Shown here: positions 52,855 through 64,000 of the stretch, piece after piece
Layout: each line of letters opens with the position of its first letter
Numbering within the stretch: position 1 is the first letter of the stretch
Assembly (NCBI RefSeq): GCF_001194135.2
Contig: NC_068989.1
Location: forward strand, 24,473,695 to 24,537,694
Source: Octopus bimaculoides
Taxonomy: Eukaryota
Direction: 5' to 3'
DNA: 64,000 nt
Notes under the pieces: model-generated
Seen by the model: only the letters and a program-made list of their open reading frames with translations
The model's database searches: none
What the model was told of the DNA's origin: nothing
Position numbers and translations under genes: made by a program

Positions 52855-55215
52855 TACAATTCACTCATCATTTTTGCAACTTTCAATAAACTCACTTGAG
52901 GACAGCACTTCCCTCTCCACTCTCAATTTCCTTTTCAAGTGAAACTTGAAGTCAATGAGAGCTCTACCAAAGAGGAATGTATCTGTTCTCATGCCTTTCA
53001 GCCTTGTCCACCAAACAATCTCTTTTGCCACAGCCACCAGGCAAAGGAAAGCTGCCTTGCCTGCCCGATTGAAGGAGGGCAGCAGTGCGATCATCACTAA
53101 GGACTTGGTCAACAGACAGATCTGTCCCACACATGACAGCAGTTGTTCAACATAACCCCACAAGTCAGCAATGCCTGGACAGTGAACAAAGGCATGCAGA
53201 ACAGTTTTGTCACTCTGTGTGCACCTCAGACAAGTCCATCTGACAGCACATCTGTGCCTATAGAGTTTATCTCGAACCAGTAGCACTGCCAGGACAAGGA
53301 CATCTGGAAACTAGCCATAATAGTTCCTGACCGGAAAGTCCTCCGGAACAGACTAGCCAGTTTGTTCTTGTTGGTACCCAAAGTCTCCCCAAGAACATCG
53401 TCGCACTTCTCCACCACAAATCTTCTATAAGTTTCTAAAGCAGAACATCCACCGATCCCATTGCCTGACAGATAGAGGGTTGTGAGTGCCTGATGACATT
53501 CTAGGTGCCAGGTGTTCAGTCTCGGTCTTTTCTTTACCCAGGACTGCAGCTCCGTCAAGGAGACAAGTGGTGGAAAGACAAGCCTCACAAGTGGAGCCCA
53601 CACACACTCACCATCCAGAAATCATTGCAGGTGGCGTAACCTAAGAGCGTGTCTGCACATTAGGAGCCATACCTAATCTGCCACTCGGAGGATGTTGGCA
53701 ACAGAGGATGTGGTCAAGCAATAACTGGGGCAAGGCACGACAGTCAGGTGATAAATAGTAATGGAGGTGATGTAAGCATTCACCAACTCTGTCTGATCTT
53801 TCAGGGACAGCTTTCTTCCAGTCCATTTCTGGGTGAGACTGGCCACCCTGTTTGCCACCTTGTCCCAGTTTCTTATCAACCTGGAAGTTTGGATTAAACC
53901 AGACCCCAAGCACTTTAACTAGTCCATCAGTCCAGCATCTGCTGCCGCTGTCTGATTGCATCGTCCTGCCTCTCCAGGAGCCCAACTACAAACCAACCAA
54001 TTTGTCAGTGTTGATTTTAGCCCTTGCAACTGACCCATATTCCTCTGGACTGATATTGATTTTCTCACACGAGGGTGACAATATGGTTCTGTGGAAGTGA
54101 GGTTCCTCACAGAGTTGCTGACCCCAAAATACTCAATGGTCCAGTGCAAACATGTGGGAAGGAGAAGAAGATTCTCATATTTGCACTGGACCATTGAGTG
54201 TTTTTGGGTCAACAACTCTGTGAGGAACCTCACTTGCACAGAACCATATTGTCTCCCTCATGTGAGAAAATCAATATCAGTCCAAATGCCTTTCAAATAT
54301 TGTTCTACTTGGATGTGTGGCGCAATGAAGATTTTCCTCCTCTTTAGTGACTCACATCTGTATATGATGGTCCTTCTGGCCATCTTCTCCATCAAATCTG
54401 AAGGATAGCAAGCTTGGTTTCCCTATTGAGGAGTTTTTCTGCTTCACTCAGGTGTGCATGTTTTCCTTCCAGGGAGATTTACTGGCGCAATTTTGTTACT
54501 CTTGCAAAGGAGTTGTTTTTATCATTACTGTTATTGTTGGTGTTGATTATATTGATTTTGCTGCTGGTGTTGTTCCCATCGTTGTTGGCGTTAGTCGGAG
54601 CCAAAGCGACGCTGTTGTTTGTGGTGATGTTCATATTGTTGACCGAAGTAACCAAGCTACTTGCTAATGGAGGGAAATCATTTACATCGTAGCTGCACTG
54701 CTTATTTGTCTCCCACGTCAAAGCTTTACTGTTGTTGCTGTTGCTGCTACAGTTGTTGTTGTTGTTTGTAGTGGTAGTGGCAGAGGTGATGATGGTAGTG
54801 GTGTCAGAGTTGTTGTTGTTTGTGATTGGGATGGTCATCTTGTTTTGCCTGCTTGCTTGTCTAATGGTCAAGCCAACAGATGAAGAACTGTTACCCTCTC
54901 TCATTTTTGTAGGAAAACATTCCTCTGTCTCTTCCCCTCTCACATCAACGACTGAAACCCCTTTGAAACTCTTTGTTGCTGCCATTGAGCAAAATTCTAA
55001 ATTTTACCATGTGGAATAAATGGAATAAATTTGATAAGTCCCCCAAGAAGTAGGGGGACTTTTAACAAAAAAGGAACTCATCAGCAGAAGAAGGATCCCC
55101 TATTCTCCACCCTGGTTGAAAATGACAGGAAAGCACCACTATTTTCCGGAGAAAACTGATGATTTTCGAAAACAAGATATGGCACCGAGATCCAGCGTGG
55201 CTTCGTCAGCTGATG
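52855..55215 (-). mobile_element. Internally deleted Tx1/L1-clade LINE
   Basis: ORF1-like low-complexity frame (54479-54985). ORF2 C-terminal remnants 'KVLGVWF', 'W..RKLSLK....VNAYI.S', and the CCHC-like 'CLRCTQSDKTVLHAFVHCP...LW.YV'. Endonuclease and most of the RT are absent. Confidence 0.8.
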
Positions 55216-55218
55216 GCC

Positions 55219-55261
<43 letters not shown>

Positions 55262-56335
55262 TGATAATAATAATAATGATTCTTTGAGGTTTGAATAATT
55301 CACCTCTGGAAACATGGGTGTTTCATTCAACGTCCTTAAACAACTCTTATTCTGGATGTGTTACTTGGTGTGAAGAAAATTCTAGCTGTGCCCCACCTGC
55401 AAGGTCATGCGCAGTTTATTGTGATATGAGATCACCATGTCATGCACATGTGGTTGTGATGCATGTGCCTGGTGTGCCCCTATCAGACAGGTAGTCATGA
55501 TGGGTATACTCCAGTATCACTTTGATGGCATGCACAGCTCACTCACTCAATAATAATAATAATGATAATTTTAATGACCACTTTTCCATGCTTGCATGTG
55601 TTGGATGGAATTTTTTGAGGTAGATTTTCAGTGGTTGGATGCTCTTACTGTCACCAAACCTTACCTATTTCTAAATAATGTAATATTTCTCTATGACAAG
55701 ATATGTTTTTGTGGGAGATTGGAAATGAAGGATACCCTTGGTATGACAGTGATGCTCATTTACAACTATCATGTGATGCCCAGAAAAGGAGACACTAATA
55801 CACACACACACACACATGTATAAATGTATTTGAGATGCTGTCTGCATAAATCCACTCACAAAGCTTTGGCTACTTGGCGCTATTGTAGAAGACACTTGCC
55901 CAAGGTGCCACTCAGAGGGACTGAACTTGAAACCATGTGGCTGGTACGTAAGCTTCATAATCACACAGCCACATCTATACCTCACACATTTGAAATTTCA
56001 GAGAGAGAGGAGGAAAGAGAAGGAAAGAGGGAGAAAAGGAGAAAGAAGGAGAGAGAGAGAGAAAAAAAGGAGAGGAAATTACATAGTCTTTTATTACATA
56101 CAATTCCTCCAGCAATAAAATATAATACTCTTAGAATCTATGATATTCTATCAGTTTATGCTCAGATCAACCAGATCCAGCATCTCACACCTATCCTACC
56201 ATGTCATTCTAAAAATAAACAATCATATCATTGAAATCGCAAAGCTATGAGTTAATGCATGATTAATTCAAAACAATGTGAATAAATAAGCAGAATATTC
56301 GACAGGGCTAAAGTGATCTTATGGTTTGGCCTTAC

Positions 56336-56406
56336 CTGACTGCTTTAACAACGTTTTCTTAGTTTTATAAAAGGAAGTGAATTGTGGGTAGTTAGCTGGG
56401 TTGATT
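56336..56406 (-). CDS. LRRC9: LRRC9 exon (INPANYPQFTSFYKTKKTLLKQS)
   Basis: ttttgcag| acceptor, G|gtaagg donor; phase 2 to 1. Matches the recalled 'SNYP..NSVF' segment. Confidence 0.88.
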
Positions 56407-57575
56407 CTGCAAAATAGAGGACGGAGAGATATGTTAGACACTAAATATATTGATGTAGAAGTTATAAACAAGTGGGAGGAGATCACTGAATCAGAAATGA
56501 GGATCTTCATATGTTGAGTCTCATGGGGGTAATGACAAGTGACTGAGACTTTTGGTGACTTGCTGTGCCTGAGAAGGCATGTGAAGCTAAATGAAGTCAT
56601 AGTTGTGGTCAGTACCAGTGACATGTAAAAGGGTTCCATGTTGGTGACACATGAAAGGCACCCATGTCAGTAACATGTTAAAGGCACCCATGCCGGTGAC
56701 ACGTAAAAGGCACCCAGTGCATTCTGTTGGGTGGATGGTGTTAGGAAGGCATCCAGCCATAGAAATCAAGCCAAAACAGACTGGAGCCTGGTGCAGCTCT
56801 CTGGTTTACCAGTTCCAGTCAAACCGGGTAATCCATGCCAGCATGGAAAATGGACGCTAAATGACGATGATGATGATGACAATGATGATGATGACAATGA
56901 TGATGATGATGGTGATGATGATAATGATGATGATCAGACAGGGGTTGGATTAGCTGAATACTCTAGCTCAGTGGTTACCAAATGAAGCACTGCAACATAG
57001 TGGTGTACTACAAGAGGTACCTAGGTGTACCATGAATTTTCAAAAATATAACTTAAGGCTATGAAAAATCCTTAGTAAGGCTTGGGATGCTGGAAACAAT
57101 TTTGTTGTACATAAGTCATAATCATTCCTGCTCCATCATCATTTAACATCCAGCTTCCGAGCTGACATGTGTTAGATGGTTTAACCCAGGTTCAATTGGT
57201 GATGTTAATGGAGTAGATTCTATTGCATGTATCCTGACTATGTCTTTGATCTGAGGATATTCTATGAGATGTGGTTTCTTTATACCATTACCTACAACAC
57301 TCTCAAAGATTCTGCAAAGTTAACAGAAGCTGCCATTTATCCTTGGGTTAATCTTTCTACTCAATTTCATTCACAAGATTTGGATAGAATACACTTATCC
57401 AAAGTACCACACAGTGGGGTTGAACCTGAAACATTGTGATTGCTATGTAAACTTCTTAAACTCCCAGCCAAAGCAGTACCATTGCTGTGAAATATATGGA
57501 ATGTTTTATAACTTCAGTCAACCCCACCACATACACACACACACCAGAGGCAGCAGCAAAATTGTCTTTACTCAC

Positions 57576-57636
57576 TTTTTATCGTCCTCAATCTCGACTG
57601 GATTTCCTGTAAACACACGACAAATAAGCAACTTCC
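57576..57636 (-). CDS. LRRC9: LRRC9 exon (G-KLLICRVFTGNPVEIEDDK)
   Basis: tttttttgacag| acceptor, |gtgagt donor; phase 1 to 2. Matches recalled LRRC9 'GILLITKVFLG'. Confidence 0.9.
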
Positions 57637-57994
57637 CTGTCAAAAAAATAAACAAATATGTTAATAAGAGATGACTGTCATCACAACAGCCACAACAATC
57701 TTGTTTTAATGTCCACTTTAAAGGCTTGCATGGTTTAGAAAGAATCTATTGAAGTAGATTTTCTATGGCTACATGCCCTTCCAGCAGGGCTTCCCTGTTT
57801 CTAAGCAAGGTAATATTTTGCCAAAGAAGGACATGTTTCGACAGAAGATTGCAAATGCAGGACACCACTTACATAATGGTGACACTTGTTTACAACAATT
57901 ATGTGATGACCAGTGTGCTAACGATTCTGACAGCTCACCATCTTTAAAAAAGGTAGAAAGCTAGATTAGTGGACACAATCCATCAGATCATTAT

Positions 57995-58250
57995 TTCACA
58001 AGCTTTTTATTTCTTATTTCTTTATTGCCCACAAGGGGCTAAATATAGAGGGGACAAACAAGGACAGACAAAGGGATTAAGTCGATTACATCGATCCCCA
58101 GTGCGTAACTGGTACTTAATTTATCGACCCCGAAAGGATGAAAGGCAAAGTTGACCTCGGTGGAATTTGAACTCAGAACGTAACGGCACAGGAAATACCG
58201 CTAAGCATTTTGACTGGCATGCTAACGTTTCAGCCACCTCGCTGCCTTTA
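57995..58250 (-). mobile_element. Third SINE family (GGCAGAA.CGTTAGCATG...TTCTGAGTTCAAATTCC...GTCGACTTTGCCTTTCATCC)
   Basis: Recurs in both orientations near 47580-47790, 47830-48035, 49700-50275, 52430-52800 and 62575-62780. Confidence 0.75.
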
Positions 58251-58944
58251 AGCTTTTTAATTCAAGCTTTTTATTTCTAAAGATCCCCTTTTATTTAAAT
58301 GAATTTTCCCAGTCTCCAGGGCAGTCTACTGGATAAGGCTAATTTTATTGACTAACAAAAATGTCATTTTCTGTGTTTCATCCCTCAATTGACAGATACG
58401 CGTATGTAACTGAATTTTGAAATTCGCTTGAAGCATTGTTGATGTGTAAATGACAAATATTTTTCAGAAGACATTAAAACAATGCAGGTGAGACAAAATA
58501 TTGTGTATCCTACATAGATTGTTTAATGCTTCTATTATATATCAGAAAATATTCCTTTTATCAAAATTAAGACAGAAAAATAATCCAGTTATCTACTGCT
58601 ATTAATACTATCTTATAGTTCAGCGACCTTTCCAACTACTCCCTTACACATTCACAAAACCTCTACTAACCAGGATACTTACTACTGTTATTTAAAGGTG
58701 TACCTCATTACTTGCTGCTACTGATGCAATCTATCTTTACCAACCACGAATACAAAAACTATAAATACATCAATGCTTTCTGTTACAACTCTCCAGAATT
58801 ACTTGCCAGTTTTAACACTTTCTGCTCCAACTCTTAGATTATTTTCTTATATTTGATTTGGGGAATCTTTCCCAAAATATAATTGAAGAATTTAACAACA
58901 TATGTAAAATAACATATCTTTCCTTTAATAACACCATTTGAGCG

Positions 58945-59290
58945 TGTTTGTTACCAGCGTCGCCTTACTAGCACGTGAAAAAACATTTGAGTGAGGTCAT
59001 TGCCAGTGCCACTGGATTGGTTCCTGTACAGGTGACATGTAAAAAACACCATTTGAGTGTGGCCGTTGCCAGTACCGCCTGACTGGTCCTCGTGCTGGTG
59101 GCACGTAAAAGCACCCAGTACACTCTCGGAGTGGTTGGAGTTAGGAAGGGCATCCAGCTGTAGAAACTCTGCCAAATCAGATTGGAGCCTGGCGCAGCCA
59201 TCTGGTTCACCAGTCCTCAGTCAAATCCTCCAACCCATGCTAGCATGGAAAGCGGATATTAAACGATGATGATGAAGATGATGATGACAT
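58945..59290 (+). mobile_element. RTE-type 3'-end short element with internal ~46-bp subrepeats and (GAT)n tail
   Basis: Shares the GAAGGGCATCCAGCTGTAGAAAC...CATGGAAA.CGGAC.TTAAACGATGAT end with the RTE copies. Many others near 1995-2320, 6590-7005, 21830-22150, 24920-25250, 27020-27175, 36380-36680, 49100-49430, 56600-56930, 61270-61550 and 63888-64000. Confidence 0.8.
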
Positions 59291-60080
59291 CACCTCACAT
59301 ATTTTACCAAACTTTTCACTTGCTTTACTTAAAGTTTCTTTTTTTAAATATTTACATCATCTGTACTGCAGCTTTTATAATTCTGAAAACAAGTGATGGA
59401 CCCCCATTAGTACTCTAGTAGACCCTTAATACTACCTCAGTGAACTCTTAGGACTCCTCAGTCTTAAGGTAGGGAACTGCAGCATAGATCAAGTGGTACT
59501 TTATCTATTCCAAAAAGACAGAAGGCAAAGTTAATCCTGATGTGATATGAATCTAGAAAAACTATAGTATGCAACAAATACCTCCAAAGTATTTCATTAT
59601 CTGATGCTCTACCAATTCTACTCTGTTGTAAAACAACAACACAATAAAAATGAATGTAACAGCACATATGTATTTTATAACTAATATAGTATAGTTGATA
59701 TATAACAAATGTGACTCACAAACATACAAAAACTGTTAGTTTCACTGCAATATTTAAATTTCATTTGTGTCAAAATATTTTCGTCACTTTGAAACTGTGA
59801 CCTGTTCACTGACAAAACTTCATACTTGTGCTAGCACAAAATTTTGTCAGTGAACAGAGAAACTAATGGTTTTTGTGTGTTCTTAAATGGCTTACAAACA
59901 TCTTTAATGCTGCAATTGTTTTTAATTCAGTACACAATCTCAGGTCAAGTCACTTGCTATGCAAATACATCTCCGTAATGTGACTCAACCTTTATGCAAT
60001 TGTGTTATAGCTTCAATATATGTTCTTATCAAATCTCTAATGGAATAACTACAGCAATGGAAATATAATTTTGTTTTTAC

Positions 60081-60204
60081 CATATTTGATTTGGAAAGAA
60101 TCTTCAGATTCAGTATGGTTTTGCATACCCAGATTTTTGAGTCTTTGGAGATCAGCAAAATATAGGCAGTTGTACAGTTTAATAGCGTTGTCTTCATTTT
60201 GTGC
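60081..60204 (-). CDS. LRRC9: LRRC9 exon (AQNEDNAIKLYNCLYFADLQRLKNLGMQNHTESEDSFQIKY-G)
   Basis: tctttccag| acceptor, G|gtaaaa donor; phase 0 to 1; open frame that fits both neighbouring exons. Confidence 0.85.
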
Positions 60205-61491
60205 CTGGAAAGATATGAAATTAAAACTGGCATTATATTTGTGTTATTATAGGAAATTATTACATAATCATAGGAAATTTTTATTATATACACTAAAGTT
60301 TCTGTGCCAGCATACAATGAAGAGATTAATAATGTAAAAATCAAATGGAATTACATGTTCACTGAGTGGAAGCTCTCTTTCAAAAGAGAGCTTCTATGTA
60401 ATCACTTGTTCTAGAAATAGTAACCAAATCTCCCTCAAATCATATCCTACTATCTTGAATTAGGAAAGGACACATTAGATAAGGTAGTCCTACATATCTT
60501 TAGTTGAAAGGGTAAAGACCCCCTTTGATCATGAATGACTGCAGGATTGTACCTAGAAGGTTCCTCTCCAGGGCACAAGTCCTGGCAAGGTTGTTTATGG
60601 AAGACCAGCAGTCACCCATGAATACAAGTCTCCTCTCTCCATGCCACCAATGTTATCCAAGGGAAAGGCAAAGGCTGATACAGCTTGGCACCTGTGACAT
60701 CGCAACTTATTTCTACAGCTGAGTGAACTGGAGCAATGTGAAATAAAGTGTCTTGCTCAAGAATACAACACACAGCTTGGTCCAGGAATCAAACTCACTA
60801 CCTCATGACTGTGAGCCCAATGCTCTAACCACTGAGCCATGCATACCTTTAGTAAATAAAACAAAACAAAACAAACAGCATAATCACTGTTGAGATATTT
60901 TTAATAAGTTTGTTTGATCAGAAGTGTCATGAAACTAAATAAGACCAGTCATTACAATAATATATGAGTATCATAGAGCAGAATTAAGATCTTGATTTGA
61001 TTTCTGGGTGTAACTATTTCATTTCTCACACATTGATAGTAAGCATTCAGAAAGACATAAACCACCTATAAATTAGGATTTCCTATCTTGATAGTTTACT
61101 CTGACACCCATCACCAACATTTTAATCTTCTTTCCAGCTCCTCCCAGACTTATGTAATGTAGGCTAACTACCAATCTCCTCTATTCCAAGACACCTGTGC
61201 CTGTCCCTCTACATCTGGCATAAAACCACTTCCTTTTCTACTGCAACCTCACTCAGTTGAGGGTTTTTTTCTTCTTTGTCTTGCAATTTACTTGGCAACC
61301 TCATTAGTGCTGGTGTCACAAGAAAAGTACCCAGTACACTCCGTAAAGTGGTTTAGTATGGGCATTAGTAAGGGCATCCAGCTGCAGAAATCATTCCAAA
61401 ACACAGTGGAACTTAATGCAGTTCTCCAGCTTGTTTGATCCTGTCAAACTATTCTATCTATGCCAGCATGGGAGATAGATGTTAAATGGTA

Positions 61492-61542
<51 letters not shown>

Positions 61543-61959
61543 GATGATGATGTCTTTGAAGACCACCTCCATCTCACACAACAGTTTTTGTATTACTGTG
61601 GCCATTTGGTGAGCATTTAGAGTTACCTTTGCATGAACAATGTGCCTCACTTTTAGATTTGGGTCTACTTGCTAATATTTCCTATATGTTAGGTGCACAG
61701 ATAAATGACATCCTCAATGTATGTCTGTATCTGTGTTTGGGTGACATGCTTATCATCTCAACTAAGGAATATCTTACCTACACAATTTCAGTAAAGAAAA
61801 ATGGCAGTGTTATCCATATAACCTTATGGAGGTATTTTCTCTTGATGGTGTGAGGGCTGAGCATATAACTAATCCTATCATTGAAACTATTGACAGCCAG
61901 AGTTTTGTTGCAATATATGACCATGGTGTTGAAGATCTTATATGAAGACAGGTTTCTGA

Positions 61960-62400
61960 AAAAGGTTATAGGTACCAGTGTCTATCTAGGTTTAATGTCA
62001 CATCCAAGAAATCACTCATTTTCATGTTGGTCTCTATCGTGGCTTTGAATCCAGGAGAATTAAGGGCATGGGATAGTTCTTTCCCTTGCCTTTCAAACAT
62101 GTGGCTGTTTGCCTCTCTTGATATCACCAAGGTATCATCCCCATACAGGCCAGAACTAGTTGAGGGGAATTTCCTACAAAGCTTAACTATATTAACTAGG
62201 TCTATAGGGTCACATACATGAGCATTGTTGAATGTTGCCATTGCAATGTCAAAGGAACTTTCCAGGTCAGTCTGCTTAACCCAGATCAGGGTTTTCCTGG
62301 TGTGCATGATGATGTTTATGTCCATATTGCTAATCACACACACACAAAATGAGCTCAGGGTGGTCAAAAACAAAAGGCAGTAACTATTTCTAGAGAGTTA
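61960..62400 (-). mobile_element. Penelope-like RT fragment (same family as 29600-30060)
   Basis: 'IIMHTRKTL..WVK......FDIAMATF..A.VCD', 'GLYGDD' and 'TNMKMSDFLDVTLNL'. Confidence 0.8.
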
Positions 62401-63343
62401 CTGCCTTCTATTACCTGGTGACCTAATCAATGTGTGAAGGATGTACGAAGGCTGTAAAAATGTTAACCCCTTCATTACCATATTTCTGTTGAAATGCACA
62501 GACTTTATTTTGGTCAATTTTTAAATTAATGGAGAATTTGGCAAAATAACTTTGTCACTATCAAACTGGTGTAGATTGGCAAGCTGGCAGAATAGTTAGC
62601 ATGTTGGGAAAAATGCCTAGCGACATTTGACCTGTCTTTATGTTCTGAGTTCGAATTCTGCTGAGTTTGACCGTGCCTATTTTATTGGGGGTCAATAAAC
62701 AGGTACCAGTTGAGCACTGGGGTCGATGTAATTGATTTCCCTCCTCCCCTGAAATTGCTGGTCATGTGCCAAAATTTGAAACCATTATTAAACTGGTGTT
62801 TTGAACATAAATTAGTATGAAATTTTGATGAAAGGTTTTTAAAGTAGATTACATTAAAACAGGAAGTTTGTATCATAGAAGTAAAACTAGTTTCAGGCAG
62901 GTTGGTATCAGAAGGGTTAAACGAACTGGTTTCACTGGATGAGTAATGTTACAGTGCATGAATGATGAAGTACTTGACACACCCATCTTTCCTCCTTTGA
63001 TCTTCTAAACTGTATTTGTTCCCACTGCCCACACTCTGCACAAATTAGTCCCTTTGAAATATGCTTCTTGTCAACACTTTTCTTGTAGAGGAGTTATCAG
63101 AGATGTTCAACTGAGCATCAGTGGTATCCATCTCACCAATCTCCTTGAGGTTATGGAGGCAACTAACTTCCCCTGACCAAACTGTATAAAAAAAAATTCA
63201 AAAATGATAAAGTTAGTAAAAAAGGAAGAAATCAGTCTTTAGTTGAAAGAAAAGAGGTTGACACAGCACGATATTTATAGATTAATATCTTGGCTAGTTC
63301 CCTCCAATGGCCAACATAAAGATACATAATTATTCTCACCTAC

Positions 63344-63461
63344 CTGTGCATATCTGGAAAATGAAAAGCCATCCTGCAATATTTTCTCCAATAAATAACC
63401 ATCAGAATTTTCATTTGGCATCCAAAACAGGTAATCTTGCTTGTTTTTAAACTCATGTAGT
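63344..63461 (-). CDS. LRRC9: LRRC9 internal coding exon (LHEFKNKQDYLFWMPNENSDGYLLEKILQDGFSFSRYAQ); start of ART-like domain
   Basis: TACTAAC branch point about 34 nt upstream of a cag acceptor; CAG|gtaggt donor; phase 2 to phase 0. Resembles the recalled LRRC9 'YLFY..LLQILE.GF' segment. Confidence 0.75.
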
Positions 63462-63688
63462 CTGTTTATGTCCAAATGTGGAAAGTGTTTTTGTTGTTAG
63501 TAATAAGCAATGGTGGTTACAAGAATATATATATATTTTAAAAATAATAGCAGAAATATAAATGTTGTTTTATCTCAGTAAAAAGATATAATGAATTTCT
63601 TCCCTTGCATTATGCATGAAAAAGTGGACACATATGAAAATTTTTATCACAGAATAAATGAGGATATTATTCAGAAAGCAAATAGCTA

Positions 63689-63737
<49 letters not shown>

Positions 63738-64000
63738 ATGCATGCACACATACATACCTATATATCTACATACTTAATAATAATATAGATTTAATCAAAA
63801 GATTAAATGTGATAATTAAAATGTTTGTGGCACCAGAATTTGGTAGGGTAAAAACCAAAAACAAAATCAAGAGATTTGGTGAATCATCATCATCGTCGTT
63901 TAACGTCCGCTTTCCATGCTAGCATGGGTTGGACGATTTGACTGAGGACTGGTGAAACCGGATGGCAACACCAGGCTCCAGTCTGATTTGGCAGAGTTTC

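Noticed and set aside
59582-59622. Candidate 41-nt minus exon (SRIGRASDNEILWR) with ag/gt ends
   Set aside because: Phase 0 to 2 does not fit the phase-1 intron it sits in; read in phase 1 it has an immediate stop; no LRRC9 similarity.
62940-63183. Exon-like block after a good minus-strand acceptor (ttttatacag at 63183)
   Set aside because: All frames hit stops or lack a fitting donor, and the 63344 exon joins 60204 in frame with LRRC9-like sequence. A 'C.EC.QW' fragment suggests a decayed RTE remnant.

Overview
AT-rich, repeat-dense animal genomic DNA with several N-gaps. The SINE/LINE families and microsatellite load suggest an octopus genome; this is inference from recalled repeat families. 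The window lies entirely inside one minus-strand gene, an LRRC9 orthologue. I reconstructed 19 internal coding exons (63461 to 2727; 2596 nt, about 865 codons) whose phases join without a break. They encode a PARP/ART-like middle domain followed by SDS22-type leucine-rich repeats. The start and stop codons lie outside the window. One exon (43653-43709) ends in a non-canonical AAG|TTAAGT donor. The introns hold tRNA-derived SINEs, RTE, Tx1/L1 and Penelope-like retroelements, Tc1/mariner and hAT elements, and a probable solo LTR. The most striking feature is a set of short foldback (palindromic) elements carrying hammerhead-ribozyme cores on both arms (39283-39573, 18628-18937, more degenerate at 26262-26630). 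A decayed Penelope-like element with an inverted pseudo-LTR and its own hammerhead-like motif lies in the same gene.
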